64,000 bases of DNA from Eledone cirrhosa (Eukaryota): assembly GCA_964016885.1 (NCBI GenBank), contig OZ024746.1, positions 32,860,001-32,924,000 of the forward strand. Reading direction: 5' to 3'. Below, one piece after another: positions 32,970-47,255 of the stretch. Under the pieces are notes generated by a model. It had not been told where the DNA came from. It saw only the letters and a program-made list of their open reading frames with translations, and made no database searches. The position numbers and the translations under genes are program-made. Within the stretch, counting starts at the first letter, position 1. Each line of letters begins with the position of its first letter.

Positions 32970-32999
32970 AGTGAAATAGCGATGTATACATGAATATAT

Positions 33000-33050
<51 letters not shown>

Positions 33051-33104
33051 AGTGAAATAGCGATGTATACATGAATATATGTATAGTATATTTGGCAATA
33101 TACC

Positions 33105-33136
<32 letters not shown>

Positions 33137-33241
33137 CACAGGGGAATTTGGCTGATATTTATAACAGTTCGAACGACCACGTAGCAGAAGCTCCACGATA
33201 GTTCACATAAAAGTACTGTTGTTTGTCTTATAACCTCTTTA
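32644..33241. repeat. Large inverted duplication (~220-bp arms) around TA-rich centre
   Basis: 32644-~32865 is the reverse complement of ~33035-33241 with few mismatches. Confidence 0.92.
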
Positions 33242-33850
33242 TTTCCTAGAGTGCTTAAATTATTTGTGACTAATCCCGGTATTTCTTTTTTAAAAAGACC
33301 GCGATAATATTGCTTTTTGCTGAACTCCTTATTGTAGAGTTTTTTTCAGAATGTTTTTGACTGTTGTTTCATGTAAACACACATCTGTCTCATTCTGACG
33401 TCACCAGCCCTGTTTTTCCACATGTGCGTTTTATTTTCATAATCACGCATGATGTTAAACTAGCCTGCTTTTAAATTCCCTTTTTGGCATATTAATCAGT
33501 GAGACCTTGGTTACCATTTGAGCTCTGCTGATGAACGAAATCCAACCGTGACCATCCCCACTGAAAGTTTTCGTGAAATAGTATTTTCAAGACTATACAG
33601 AGCATTTGAAGTTGTCCCAAATTGAAGGATGAGTACTTTAGACTTTGTTTTATCATGAGTTAAGGCTCTATTGATTTTTCCCCGAATTTCTCTAAATACT
33701 GTTGGATAAATCTATATCCTGATTCTTTTTGAATTGAGTTTGAATTATTTTTCCCATATCTTATGTCAACTATTTTCCCATTTTGACGCTATAGTCACTT
33801 ACATATTATGGAATATTGTTAGCTTCTCGCTACAACAATTTCTATACTTG

Positions 33851-33900
<50 letters not shown>

Positions 33901-35162
33901 CACGGAGTAGATATTTGTTAAGAAGATATTTATACATCTATACTAAGATTAGGATATTATTGTGACCGAAATGATTGGTCCGCTCCACCACCGCTAAACT
34001 CCGGATAAATAACTACTATAAAATCAATAGCGACCCTTTATCACTGACAAGGTTTGAGAGGCTTGTTTGAACTGGTATGCCTCAAATATGACACGGTCTT
34101 CAGATAGTGCAGATCATTTCTGAATCACATGGTCAAGAAGCTATCGACAATTTCCATATGATCCTGTACTTTGTAGCTCATTCTATTAAAAATAGCAGCT
34201 AAATATTCCTCGAATCGGATCATACAGTATGAATTAAGGTAATACATTTGAATATAGTAGTTATAGACCTCATTTTATACGTGAAATAACAAAACAGATT
34301 TTACATCTCGAACGCCTGGGGTAATATACCAGTTAGATCATCAACAGCAATATAAAAGTACCATCACCAACACCACTATAATTACACACAGGAATAAATG
34401 ATAACGACTTAGCTTGCCTACATATCTTTTTCCATGTGAATAAATAATGACTATAACACGTATTCTGCGAATGGTAATTGAATAGATGTACATATGACAC
34501 ATTTTCTGATGTTTTTTCTTGTTCGGTATTAATCAAATCTAGCTGAGTAAACAAATATCAAAGGGTTTGTGAATATCTTGGCTTATATCTCCTCACACAG
34601 CATCCCCACTTCGATCGATTAAATAATCGGCGCTGAGAAACACCAAGTTACTGTTTAAGAAGTTCCGTTTGCTAATGAAATATACAAACTATATTATATA
34701 TAATTTTCCTCGTTTGTAAAAACAAATGTTAACCAATTCACAACACATACGCACATACACAGATGTATGTTGTTTTTATTCTTTGGTGTGATTATGACGT
34801 GGTAGTGTATGGAGGCAGATAATGGGAAGGTGGCTGCGATGATGATGGTAATCAAGGTAGGGTAGGTCAATATCTAGTAAATCAAACAAACAGGATTTTA
34901 GTGTGGAGGTAATGGTCATAGTGGTAGTGATATCGACATTGGTGATATCGACAGTGATATCAAATGGTTATAAAAAAGGGTAGAATATGCATGAGAGATT
35001 GATATTCTTTTGGTTTACTAGCAACTAAATAAGCCAATGGAAGTGATGGTAAAGGAAGCAAATAAACTGATCCCGAAGATATGGGCGTGTATTTACTGGA
35101 GATGGTGCATATGGCCATGGTTTCAGATACGGTGGAGTTGAAGGTGAAAACCAAGCCTATTG

Positions 35163-35218
<56 letters not shown>

Positions 35219-35565
35219 AGGACCGGTTGTATCTCAGCGTACTCAATAGGCAATATAAGATACATTCCTAGAGTATACACATAGTCATTTGCTTCAATAC
35301 AACACACATAAAACGGGTGCCTATAGTAGTTCCTGGACTCGAGTTTCGGCCACACTTAATGCAGCAGTAAGGTGCACTGCATCCTCCGTCTGGATATATT
35401 ATGCAACAATAATCGGCGTATGGTCATCGACTGGGAATGGTCATCTGCATATAGTGCGAACTTGGGTGATTTTGATTAATCGGCAATAGTACTAAGACAT
35501 CGTTTATGCATAATGGGGTGTACATGGAAACCTATATAGACGCTACACACAAATATTATATAAAA

Positions 35566-35750
35566 GGGCGGTGGATTGGCAGTATCGGTAGAGGGTCGGA
35601 CGCCATGCTTTCCACCATAGTTACGTCCCTTTACGATCTGAGTTCAAATCCCGCCGAGGTTGACGTTGCCTTTCATCCTTACGGGGTCGATAAAATAAAG
35701 TACCAGTAATGCACTGAGTAATTGCTGGCCTTGTGCCTAAAGTAGAAACA
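35566..35750 (+). mobile_element. tRNA-derived Nin-like SINE
   Basis: TGGCAGTATCGG A box, GAGTTCAAATCC B box, GCCTTTCATCCTTACGGGGTCGATAAAATAAAGTACCAG. Confidence 0.85.
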
Positions 35751-35778
35751 ATTATATAAATAAAGAGACAGACACGCA

Positions 35779-35871
<93 letters not shown>

Positions 35872-36142
35872 GTTCAGTGTGTAACAACAGTTACAGTCGG
35901 CGCGCTGTTCGAAGCAGTCGATGCTATTACGAAATCTATTTCGTTTGGGTTGTATTCCAGTGTTACGGTTGCTGTGTGCAGGCTCTATTAAGTCTCTCTC
36001 TCTCTCTCACTCTCTCTCTCTCTCGCTCCCCCCCTCACTCTCTCTCTCTCTCTCTTTTGCGGAGCACACAACAACAGGAACACAAACCCTCCATCTCAAT
36101 TTTACTTTCGAAAATCATAAGAACTGAAACCTTACATACTGT

Positions 36143-36180
<38 letters not shown>

Positions 36181-36183
<3 letters not shown>

Positions 36184-36359
36184 GGAAAAGAGTCAGGACT
36201 CCGACGGCTGAGCTCCGGTCATTTTGACAGCTAGATCTAGCTGTTGAAACGGCCGGAGTTCATCCGTCGGAGTCCTGACTCTTTTCCTATTACCCTCTCT
36301 ACTACCCTAAGTACTCTGGTGCGTTATGGTCTACCTGGTATCTTACCACACCTTCTTTG

Positions 36360-36362
<3 letters not shown>
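36181..36362 (+). mobile_element. Fold-back mini-element (family X) with 3' half of a hammerhead-like motif
   Basis: Hairpin 36181-36290 centred on AGATCT; GAAA-CGG…CCG-TC; tail homologous to the reverse complements of 37853-37930 and 57241-57320; TA runs on both sides. Confidence 0.7.
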
Positions 36363-36430
<68 letters not shown>

Positions 36431-36984
36431 TATATATATGTATACACACGATAATTAAAAATATAAATTAAAGCGTAAATAAATACCATTTATTTACGCT
36501 TTAATTTATATTTTTAATTATCGTGTGTATACTCTGCTTTTCATAGGTTATAGATTCCATACACTGGTGGTTTTTACCTGTTTTATTGATAGCGCACTGT
36601 ATCTCTCTCTAGTGTGTTACCTTTTCAACATATTGTATTTTAAAGAGCTCAGGATTTCCTCTCCTTTGAGCACATTATTTACAGGGAATGGCGAGAGTCT
36701 ATGGCTCCGTTAATTTATCGTGATATATATATTCGATGGGTTACTACTATATCGATCTTGATTCTTCAACGGTAATTCATTTTAAGGATCCCGGACGAAT
36801 TAAAATCAAAGTTGACTAAAATAAAAAAGTTATAATCAGGACATAAATACCTGTAACTTCACACCAGAAGAGATTTTGTAGCAACTATACGAAACATTAA
36901 TAATGATAATATTGTTGTAACAGCTATACGAAACATTAATAATGATAATATAACAATAAATATTTCCACTATAATTGCATAGAC

Positions 36985-37115
36985 ATATTTGGATGAAATT
37001 ACAGTCGATTAAATCGATCTCAGTATTTGATTGGTGTTTGTTTTATCGACCTGTAAAGAACGAAAAACAAAGTCGATTGTGACAGGATTTGACCTTAGAA
37101 AACAAAGAACAGCAC
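36985..37115 (-). mobile_element. Decayed Nin-like SINE fragment
   Basis: ttttatcgacctgtaaagaacgaaaaacaaagtcga…ggatttgacc resembles the reverse complement of the SINE core. Confidence 0.55.
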
Positions 37116-37129
37116 TAATTCAACCAAAC

Positions 37130-37625
37130 CAAAGAGAAGACCGATTTATATAACAGAGAAGACCTAGTATTGTATTGGTCTATAAAAGAAACAAACTAAT
37201 GTTCCATAATTGACATTGCAATACCCAGAAACCACAATATTGAGGAAAGGAATACGGAATAAAAGATAAAAAAACTATATATCATAAGTACTTATAACAG
37301 AGATTGCATCTTTAAAGAATCTGAAGAAGAAGAACAAGTGCGACACTAATAATAGTCGAAGCACTAACATCATTAGGTTCATTCTACTTCAAAGACGTAC
37401 AAAAAGCAAAAGCAAAGTATAAACATGACACAAACATTTGCATTGCTTAGAACTGATACTATACGAAGGAAAGTATTTCCTGTCTCAATAGAAAAATACA
37501 TTATTTTCACATTATTTTCATCTGACAGCAGTCAACAGAAACACTAGGGAAAGAAATACGAACAGGAGTCAGCAATATACAGTGAATACAAATATTAAAC
37601 AAATAAACAAATACATAACTATAGT
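37130..37625 (+). mobile_element. Old Dong/R4-like 3' fragment (decayed RLE domain)
   Basis: Manual translation gives NREDLVL…CSIIDIAIPRNHNIEE, LIIVEAL and ALLRTDTIRRKVF. These parallel RPDII…LIDMSV, VVVGAL and LIGTAHILRKIL of family A; followed by (AAC)n. Confidence 0.65.
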
Positions 37626-37773
37626 GATGTCAACAACAACAACAACACCAATAACAACCTCAACAGCAACAACAACGACCAACGTGATTTCTACATATGG
37701 TACAAGGAAATAGTTATTTTTTAGGAAGGGATATCGTAATATATTGAATCAGTGTAATTATATATGTACGTTG

Positions 37774-37850
<77 letters not shown>

Positions 37851-37852
<2 letters not shown>

Positions 37853-38023
37853 ACGAAGGAAATGTGGTAAGGAACCAGGTGGACCACAACGCACCAAAGT
37901 ACTCAATACTTAGGGTAGTAGAGTGGGTAATAGGAACGAGTAGGACCCCGACTAAACATTTTAGTCCAGAATTAGCCGGCGAAACGGCTTGAGCTCAGCC
38001 GTCGGGGTCCTACTCGTTCCTAT
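37851..38023. mobile_element. Family X fold-back mini-element
   Basis: Perfect 23-bp inverted repeat 37930-37952 / 38001-38023; GAAA-CGGCT…AGCCG-TC; flanked by TA runs. Confidence 0.7.
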
Positions 38024-38040
38024 ATATATATATATATATA

Positions 38041-38182
38041 AGGATGGAATCAGCTTCAAACTGGTTAGACCATTACTCAATAGAGTGCTCGATACTTGGG
38101 GTAGTACAGTGTAGTTATATCATAAAGAGTCTGGAACTAGCCGTTAAAACGGCAAGAGCTCAGCTGTCGGGCCCCGACACTG
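38041..38182. mobile_element. Diverged family X copy
   Basis: gtgctcgatacttggggtagta and ctagccgttaaaacggcaagagctcagctgtcggg match the other copies. Confidence 0.55.
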
Positions 38183-40577
38183 TATATATATATATATATA
38201 TAAACATATATACATATGTATATATATATATATATGTGTGTGTGCGTGCGCCCGCGCGTGAGTGTGTGTGTGTGTGGTGTGTGTGCGCGTGGTGTGTGTG
38301 TGTGTGTGTGTATATATAGTTCTCTGATTACTGTGTCTGTGTGAAGTACATTTGATTCAGTCACTGTTAACTTTCTCTTTTTAAAGGCAGCCTTTTCACA
38401 CTCATTTCCGCAGGGCTCCATACGTATGTCCAACGTGAACGTCTTGACTACTTTCAAAAGTTTGTTAAGTTCTTCATTATCCGTACCTTATAGATTCAAA
38501 TCTCCCATATGAAATACATGGATATTCGTTTAATTTTCAGTTTTATATAACTGGAATTAAGGAGAGTTAGTCAAGGGGTGGGAGGGGGTGAAGAAACTTT
38601 TTGAAAAATGTTTATTACGTTTTTGTTGTCAGTGATCGTTGTCTATATTGAGTGCGAAAGAATACTATCTAAAGTTCTAGAACTTTTAATAGCCAGTGTT
38701 TTACAGTGTAGGAAACTAAAAAAAAAACTTCTCATAGCAAATTCATGCGCAGCTTAAGTTCTTGTGCTTTGAACAGCAGACATTTAGGATAATACTGTTT
38801 ACATCTCTATGAGCCTCGGTGACAACATTTTTTATCAGTGGTGAAGAAGATGCTTCCTTCAATATGGGAATATGTTCGTTTAGTCAATATAAATGGCATA
38901 AGTTTATAGAAGGGTGACAAGCAGGAAATTAGTCTGTAATTTATTAGTTGTTATATATATTGTAATTTTGGTTATACTTGGCTCTTAATCATAAAGCTAC
39001 AGATATTTTCCCATCGTCTGCAGACAAAGATTTTCATAAAGAATGCAAAGAATTTTGACGTTTGAAGGTGGCAGAGATGTGGGGCGGAATCCGTAATAAC
39101 CATTGTAGAGGTAACGCTAAGACTTGTCAAAGTGGAAAGTAATTTTTTGTATTGTTGATTATTTGACAACACCAGTAATGCTATTGTGCAGCAAAGCAGT
39201 GAGCTAGCAAACGTTGCCAGTCTAAATAACAATAACAACAATCACAATAATGAGAACAATACAAGTAGGAACAATAAAGCACTAAGAATACCAGCAACAG
39301 TAGTTTGAATAACAAAAGCAGGAACAAAACAATTCAATGCAAAGTGGACAAGATAAAAATGTGAACATCAACAAAATAGCAACAAGATAAGAGAGAACAA
39401 CAAGAACAACAAACCACTGACAGCGGTAGAAGCAAATAAATGCGAACTACCGCCACTTTGTTGCAAAAAGAAGCGAACGAAAGAAAATATCTCCTAAAAC
39501 ACATGCATGAGAGGGATTTATCCTAGGTTTTGTTTACATAAATAGTCGCTCTACGAAAGTAATGATTACTAACGTACTACCAAACATATTTCAATGGATT
39601 TCGTATAGAACGAGGGCGTAAATAATAATTTCTGACTTTTCCTCTTATGAAAAATTCCTGGAAACTGGATAGGAGAATGAAGTGATATCTACAGTCAATA
39701 CGTGTTAAATTTCCCGAGCAGCTCCACATGGAATGCCTAAAAAATGAGAGGCGTAGTAGGGGGTGGAAAACTAATTTTAAAGTACGGTGTTACAACATTT
39801 CATGAAAAAAGTGCCCCTAAAGAGGGAGAAATGAGGCAAAATGGGTAGATTTTACATAATGAAAGCTATACCCAAAGTGGGTGGGAGATCTTCCCGTCCG
39901 ACGGGAGGAGTTGGCAGGTCTAATACCCCTCACACACACATAGGTAATGAATAAGGACCATCAACATCCTTTTTTCGGTCATTATAGAGATGGTTTGTCA
40001 TTGCCTTTCACTTGAGTTCGATTCATTATACAGGAGAAATTTAACCTTATTTGACGAGATTCCGCCCAGTTTCCGTGATTCATTTACTACTACTACTACT
40101 ACTACAGCAGCAGCAGCAGTAGCAGCAGTAGCAGCAGCGGTTTCCTGTAACTCTACAAAAAAGGAAATTATATTTTTTTACATTAATTTTTCTCAAAATT
40201 GAAATGTCATTGTTTTATTGTCTAGTGCATTGCTTGGAATATTTCAAACTGTATGTCTGAAAACCAACGGCAATTTCCTTTAGTCATTACGATGATTTTT
40301 ATATCTATCCGTGAACATTATTGTAAATCAATATAGTGATTTAATATCACTAATTTATCAAGTACAGAGAAGTGTATATTTCGCTAAAGAGGTCTAAAAC
40401 TGTCGGGTATTGTTCATTTACTTATGTGCGTAGGTAATTGTACAAGGAACAGTGAAGTACAAATTTCTATTCGACACAATGAAGTACGATAAACTGTAGA
40501 ACTGCTGAACTGTAGAACTATTGAACTGGAGCGAGCATTTGTTAGTAATAACACTGACTGTAATTCCATGATGGTAG

Positions 40578-40695
40578 AAATAATTGTGTAGTCCCCAAAC
40601 CACCAGACTGTACTTCGAACCTGCTGGATAGAATTGTGTACTCCTCAAACCACTAGATTGTACTTCGAACCTGCTGGATAGAATTGTGTACCCTC
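40578..40695. repeat. ~50-bp direct tandem duplication
   Basis: aaaccac(c/t)aga(c/t)tgtacttcgaacctgctggatagaattgtgta occurs twice in tandem (~40598-40695). Confidence 0.85.
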
Positions 40696-40803
40696 GTTTA
40701 ACTGAAGCATAAATATGTAGCCATAAACCACGAGCACACTTGAACCATGTGATTGTGTTATGATTGGCTGTCGTTAAATAATTAAACTATTACACAGCAG
40801 TTG

Positions 40804-41290
40804 TTAGATAACACTCAATACGAGTTCAATATACGACAAAGACCAAACATTTCCTATCGTCAATCCTTTTAGGAGAATCCACCATACAGCGTACTTCTCC
40901 ATAGCTATCAGGCAGATGAAGACTTGCTGTGCCTCCTTTCTAAAAGAGAGTGGTGGTTCAATTTTCACTGTAGACCCGGCTGATAGCCGGATTTGTCCTA
41001 AACGTGATAGCAGTTGTTTAACACCAGTCCACAACTCGGCAATGCATGGGCACTGGGTGATAGCATGAAGGACGGTGTCATCGCCCTGTATGATTCTCGG
41101 AATGGTATGGCTGTTGTTACTTAAATCCCTTTAGAACTTGTCTCCAACCGATAGTGCCCCTCTGTAGCACTGGCATGCTAAGGATATTTAGAAACTGTCC
41201 ATAATCTACGACCTAAACGTCTTCCAGAATAGCCTGTACAGACTGTCCTTGTCGACGCTCAGAGTGGATCCCAGACCATCGGGGCTCATA
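40804..41290 (-). mobile_element. Old diverged Tx1 ORF2 C-terminal fragment
   Basis: LLSRLGQIRLSAGSTVKIEPPLSFRKEAQQVFICLIAMEKYAVWWILLKGL aligns by eye with LLSRVGRIQLSAESIVRIAPPSSFSREGQAVFICLVAMAKEIVWWTRLKGL of the young copies. Confidence 0.8.
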
Positions 41291-41294
41291 CCTT

Positions 41295-41490
41295 GGTCTG
41301 ATCGGGCACGTATTAAGTCCTTGAGCAAGGTACTTATTTTGACATCACTCATCAGTTCACTCGGTTGAAAATGAATACTAGCAACAGCTGAGGTTAATTA
41401 TGCGACGGACTGGTGTCCCGTCTTTTATTCTCAATTACTTGAGACATCAAACCTGGTTAATCTCCTGCCTTCCTGCAACCCAGGCTAGCA
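41295..41490 (+). mobile_element. Probable CORE/V-type SINE remnant
   Basis: gtccttgagcaag…aaatgaatac…gcgacggactggtgtcccgtc resembles conserved CORE/V-SINE domains (from memory, not searched). Confidence 0.45.
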
Positions 41491-42586
41491 CTGAAAAATG
41501 GGCGCAGAAGAGATTAATATAAAAAGCAAAAGCAAAAAAACAACAAAAAAACCGCAATTACTAAATAAAAGCTCCTGCTGTGGGTTCTTAAGGTCTAAAA
41601 TACAAAAAAGACGAAGAAACAAATAAGGGAGAAAACTGTAATAAATTTACTTGATTAAATTTTTTGGAAAATATAGAAAATGCAGTAAAGTTAGTGGTCT
41701 CTAAGCCAATTTTGGCATTTTATTGTTTTGTCGTTATTTTTGTACTTGATGATTTCCATTTTCCATTTTTATTTGTTTATTTAATTTTCTTTTCTCAATC
41801 TTTTTTTTTTAATCTGCTATTCTCGTTCGGCAATTATTTTTACCGTATTATTTCGGATAGCGGTTTGTTGGCGTGAAAACTCAATGTAGAAGAAAGCAAA
41901 ACATAATTTCCCAAACTATTTTCTGATTAGTATCGGAGCAATAATTAAACTACTAGCTAGCCGTATAACACATTAGATTGGCTTTTTTGTTTGTATGGTT
42001 TTCGTGTTCATTTTTATAATGATTTCTTTGCTACATTTATTTTTGTATAATGTAACAGTACACTTGCAATAGTGTTGTTAGACTTTTTTCCTGATGGTTG
42101 TATTTGTCCTTACTGATTTTGAATTTTTTTTTTTTTGACGCTGTGGTCGTTCATTTTTTTTCTTATGCTTTACACTTCATCTTCTGTATCTTCATTCTCA
42201 ATTTTATTTTTCTTCTGATAGAAAATTTATTTTCGATTCACCTCTAAGCAATAATATGAAATATATCAGCAGCATTGTGACGACACCAAATAAAAAAAAA
42301 AGAAGCTTGACTGTTGTTACAACTCATTCCTCTTTCCCTTAAAAGTGGATAAGGTATGCCTTATCTTATTGCAGCTAAAGTATTTCTATCGCTATAACTA
42401 CCCCTTTTTCTAAACTTGTTTTCTTCTCATTCTGCATCAATTCTTTACCTTTATCATATCCTTCACCAACTCCAACATCCTCCTTCTTTTCTTTTACTCC
42501 ATTTTTCACCGTATTTCCATTTCCCTACCCTACGAATGCACCCCCCCCCCCACACACATATATAAATATGCATATATATATAAATA

Positions 42587-42621
<35 letters not shown>

Positions 42622-42632
42622 GTAGATATATA

Positions 42633-42663
<31 letters not shown>

Positions 42664-42675
42664 CGTAGATATATA

Positions 42676-42710
<35 letters not shown>

Positions 42711-42768
42711 CGTAGATATATATATATATTATATATATATATATATATACGTAGATATATATATATAT

Positions 42769-42838
<70 letters not shown>

Positions 42839-43524
42839 GATCTTTATATGAGTTTCTTGAAGTCATTTACATATACATATATCCATATTTATAGTCAGCA
42901 TTCAAGGAAGGAATTTGCAAATTTCATATTCATATCATATATCAACCATTTAGTATAAGTTTGATTGGTGCTGGTTTTTACCCAATGCTATTTTTCAGTC
43001 CATTTCATGTAAAGGTTAATCAAATATAAGAACGAACGTTATCCTGTAGATGCAACATATAACAGCCAAATGAATTTCCTGCTAGAAATGGCTTTATAAC
43101 GAAAGAAAAATGACTTAACCACGAAATGATTATATCTTTTTGTTTTTAACGTGCACATTGGTTGTTGTACTTATTTTATCTATTCTACCCCCTCCACAAT
43201 ATTTTCGTGGTTATAAATCTTGCTTTGTGTTGATGTTGTTACAGCTGCTGTTCGTGGTGAGATTACCGTTATTTTATTCCTATTCTACTTCACAATTGTT
43301 TCATGTTTTTCATTGTTTTTGCTTTTGTAGCCATAATAGTTGTAGCAGCAGCAGTAGTAGTAGTAGTATTAGTAGTAGTAGTAGTATTAGTATTAGTAGT
43401 AGTAATAGTTGTGATCTTTTCTTCGTTGATCTTGATCATGTTATCGTTATCCTCATACTATCATTAACCTCATCGCCGTCACATACCCTAAAATGATCAT
43501 CCTTGTTCCAATCGTTCTGCTGCT

Positions 43525-43526
43525 GC

Positions 43527-43559
<33 letters not shown>

Positions 43560-43560
43560 A

Positions 43561-43631
<71 letters not shown>

Positions 43632-43641
43632 CACCACCACC

Positions 43642-43711
<70 letters not shown>

Positions 43712-43712
43712 G
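43525..43712. repeat. Compound (CAA)n(TAC)n(CAC)n(TAC)n microsatellite
   Basis: Read directly. Confidence 0.95.
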
Positions 43713-44112
43713 AAGAAAGGTTGGCAGAAAAATGCAATAAAAACAGACAGAAACATGAAAAAGAAGCAGAAAAAGAAGCAGAAAAAAGAAAAATATTTAT
43801 AAAAGTAGTTAGATGTTGGTTATATCTGCAGAATTATTTTCTCCTGGAAAAGATTTAAGGTTCGAAAATCGCTGCAAAGCAAATGTATTGACAGCACAGA
43901 GTCAAACTATAATGATTGCCTGAAAGACATTTCTTTACATAACCAACATTTTCCATAACTGGATACTCCATAGAGAAATAAAATTATATATGTGAATGGA
44001 AGCATAAATCTCTCTTATATATGACAGCAGAAGCAACAACATTCGGGATATACATGAAAACAACATCATCTCTATATATATATGGAAAGGAATTTTCTCA
44101 ACACATACTATA

Positions 44113-45023
44113 CACAGTGTGATTAAGAAGAAATTGGCCCCCTGTACGTTTTCTGTCACTGTATATTCATTGTCTAACTGATTAACCTTAAATTACAGAA
44201 TGTGGCAGATACAACGTCTGAAAAGACAACAGATCCCCAGTGGTACCTCCAGCACCAGATTTTCTGTGTGAAACACTACTATGAATGTAGCTCGTACAAA
44301 CATGTCCAACGGCAATGTCGTGTAATTTTTGGAACGGATAAATCTTTCTTCAAATCTAATATACAAAACTAGGAGAAGAAGTTTGAGACCTATGGTACAG
44401 TAGAGAACTTTAATACAATGTCTGAAGAACGTCCTACCCACTGGACAACCCAAGAAGGGTAAAGAGAAAGTTATTGACATGGTCTGAGAATCTGTTGAAA
44501 CAGAGCCTAAAACATTCGCTGCACAGGAGAAGCTAATCATTGGGTTTCTCCACAGAAACTTGCAGAAGGGTTTTCAAAGAGTACTTTAAGAAACCTCTCC
44601 ACTCGACTAAATGTACTGTCTAAGCTTCCATTTCTGAGATAGAGTTGATTGTCCAATTCTTCTTCGAAGAAAATGTCACAAAGGAACGCTATGTGGATGT
44701 CCTGAAAAAGTAGCTACAGACGGTGTACCCATCTCCAGTAAATAATGTCTGGTTCCAGCAAGACGGACAAACCTCTCTCGCATCCAATAAATCTTGAGAA
44801 TAGCTGAAAAGTAGCTTTGGAAATTGTGTGATCAGTTTGAAGACTGATTTTAAGTGGGTCCCACACAGCCTAAAAAAAATGCAAATGAGAATCACTTGGG
44901 ATATGTACTGTAACTTTGGACGAAAACATCAGAAGATAATGAAATTTTGATATGTTGTTTGTCTAGAAATGAATAATGTAGAGAAAAATAAAACGGGGTT
45001 CAGTTTTTTTCTTAGTCAACTTG
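44113..45023 (+). mobile_element. Decayed Tc1/mariner-superfamily DNA transposon
   Basis: Degenerate TIRs (TA|cacagtgtgattaagaagaaattggcccc vs ggggttcagtttttttcttagtcaacttg|TA). Translated remnants FFFEENVTKERYVDVL and VWFQQDG…FGNCVIS…KWVPHS match the WFQQDGA…WPPxSPDL catalytic region. Confidence 0.75.
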
Positions 45024-45525
45024 TAGATAACAAATATCATTTATGATATATATTTCAAGAAACAACTCTCAACATATTACCAGATTATTTCCTACTAGCT
45101 CCGCCAACATACACTTGGAGACACAATATCATTAGAAAGTTGCTTTATACACACATAGCCAGTCAGTTCTAGAAAATATAAATAATAGGATTTGTAAATA
45201 TTGTTAGGGCATTCCCACATAACGATTGATAAACTTAAACTTAAACATTTTAAAAAAGATTTTCTTAAATTATAAACATCCTTGTTAACCTTGAAGGGTT
45301 TCTATGCGTCGTCTCAAAGTTATACCTATCACTTGTTTAAAGAAATGAAACTATTGTTGTATTTCACCAACCACGAATAATGAGTACATTACTAATACAA
45401 AGAATTATAATTTTATAACTACCTCGAACAACAACAATTATTTCTTAAATCAAAGTACCATTTACGGATACAACCACAAATCAAAGCACCATCACGGATA
45501 CAACCACAACCCACGTCGACATTAA

Positions 45526-45526
<1 letters not shown>

Positions 45527-45578
<52 letters not shown>

Positions 45579-45597
45579 CACTACTACCATCACCACC

Positions 45598-45680
<83 letters not shown>

Positions 45681-45761
45681 AACACCACCACCACCACCAC
45701 CACCACCACCACCACCACCACCACCACCACCACCACCACCACCACCACCACCACCACCACC

Positions 45762-45814
<53 letters not shown>

Positions 45815-45933
45815 TACTACTACTACTTGATTTTATTGCTAGTACTTGCTTTTATCAGATCTTGTCACCATCTAATTCTTAATCTTCACCATCATTATCC
45901 TCACCCTCCTCTTCATCGTTATTATTATTATTA

Positions 45934-45989
<56 letters not shown>
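45527..45989. repeat. (TAC)n/(CAC)n and (TTA)n microsatellites
   Basis: Read directly. Confidence 0.95.
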
Positions 45990-46194
45990 GCTTTTGCCCT
46001 CAAGCTCAGCAGATATTTGTTTTACCGGAAACAAGAAACCATTACTTTATTCCCAATCTCAAAAATCTTGAGCATCAATCGGAGAGAGTGTGAGATAAAG
46101 AGAAACAGATTAATAAAGAACGAAACGAAGTGAGTGAACGAGACGAGATAAAGTTATAGAGCGGGAGAGAGGAGAGTCAACGATTGACAGAGTC

Positions 46195-46195
<1 letters not shown>

Positions 46196-46233
<38 letters not shown>

Positions 46234-46264
46234 AAGAGAGAGCGATATATATATATGGATAGAT

Positions 46265-46323
<59 letters not shown>

Positions 46324-46350
46324 TATATATATATAGAGAGAGAGATAGCT

Positions 46351-46405
<55 letters not shown>

Positions 46406-46452
46406 GAAATAAAGATAGATAGATAGAGAGAGAGATAGAGATAGATAGATCG

Positions 46453-46484
<32 letters not shown>

Positions 46485-46690
46485 CTAGATAGATAAATAG
46501 ATAGATAGATAGAGGAAGATAAATAAATAAAAAGAATAACAAAAGAAAGAGAGAGAGAAAGTGAGAAAGTGAGAGGAGAGAGTGAGAGAGGATGGAGTAA
46601 GAGAGAGAGAGAGAGGGTGAGAAAGAGAGAGACAGAGAGATATAGAAAGAGATAGATAGATAGAGAGAGAGAAAGAGATAGATAGATAGT

Positions 46691-46722
<32 letters not shown>

Positions 46723-46723
46723 T

Positions 46724-46764
<41 letters not shown>

Positions 46765-46776
46765 AAGAGAGAGAGA

Positions 46777-46856
<80 letters not shown>
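46196..46856. repeat. (TA)n/(GA)n/(GATA)n purine-rich microsatellite field
   Basis: Read directly. Confidence 0.95.
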
Positions 46857-46857
<1 letters not shown>

Positions 46858-47191
46858 GGATAGAAAAGATAATAAACAAATCCTGAGGTTATTTGAGATT
46901 CCAAGCAATGCAAAATTTACTGCGAAAATATCAAAATGCGGGCCGTGCATATTAATCTTTTCTTGTTGACGTCGTTGTCTTCTAGTTGTTTTTTGGAGTT
47001 GTCTTGTTTTACTTGGAATTATTTTACGTTTTCACTGAATATATCTTGTGTAGTTATGTATGTGTATTTTTTTGGTCATTCTTTCTTTATACACTGAAGT
47101 TGTTGGTTTTAATATGTCTTCCTGCCATTCGTGTTGGTGTGAGCTTCATGTTGAAAACTATATTTTTTGGTATAATATATATATATATATA

Positions 47192-47255
<64 letters not shown>

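Noticed and set aside
33528-33545. CTGATGA-ac-GAAA
   Set aside because: No room for stem II and no stem I or III.
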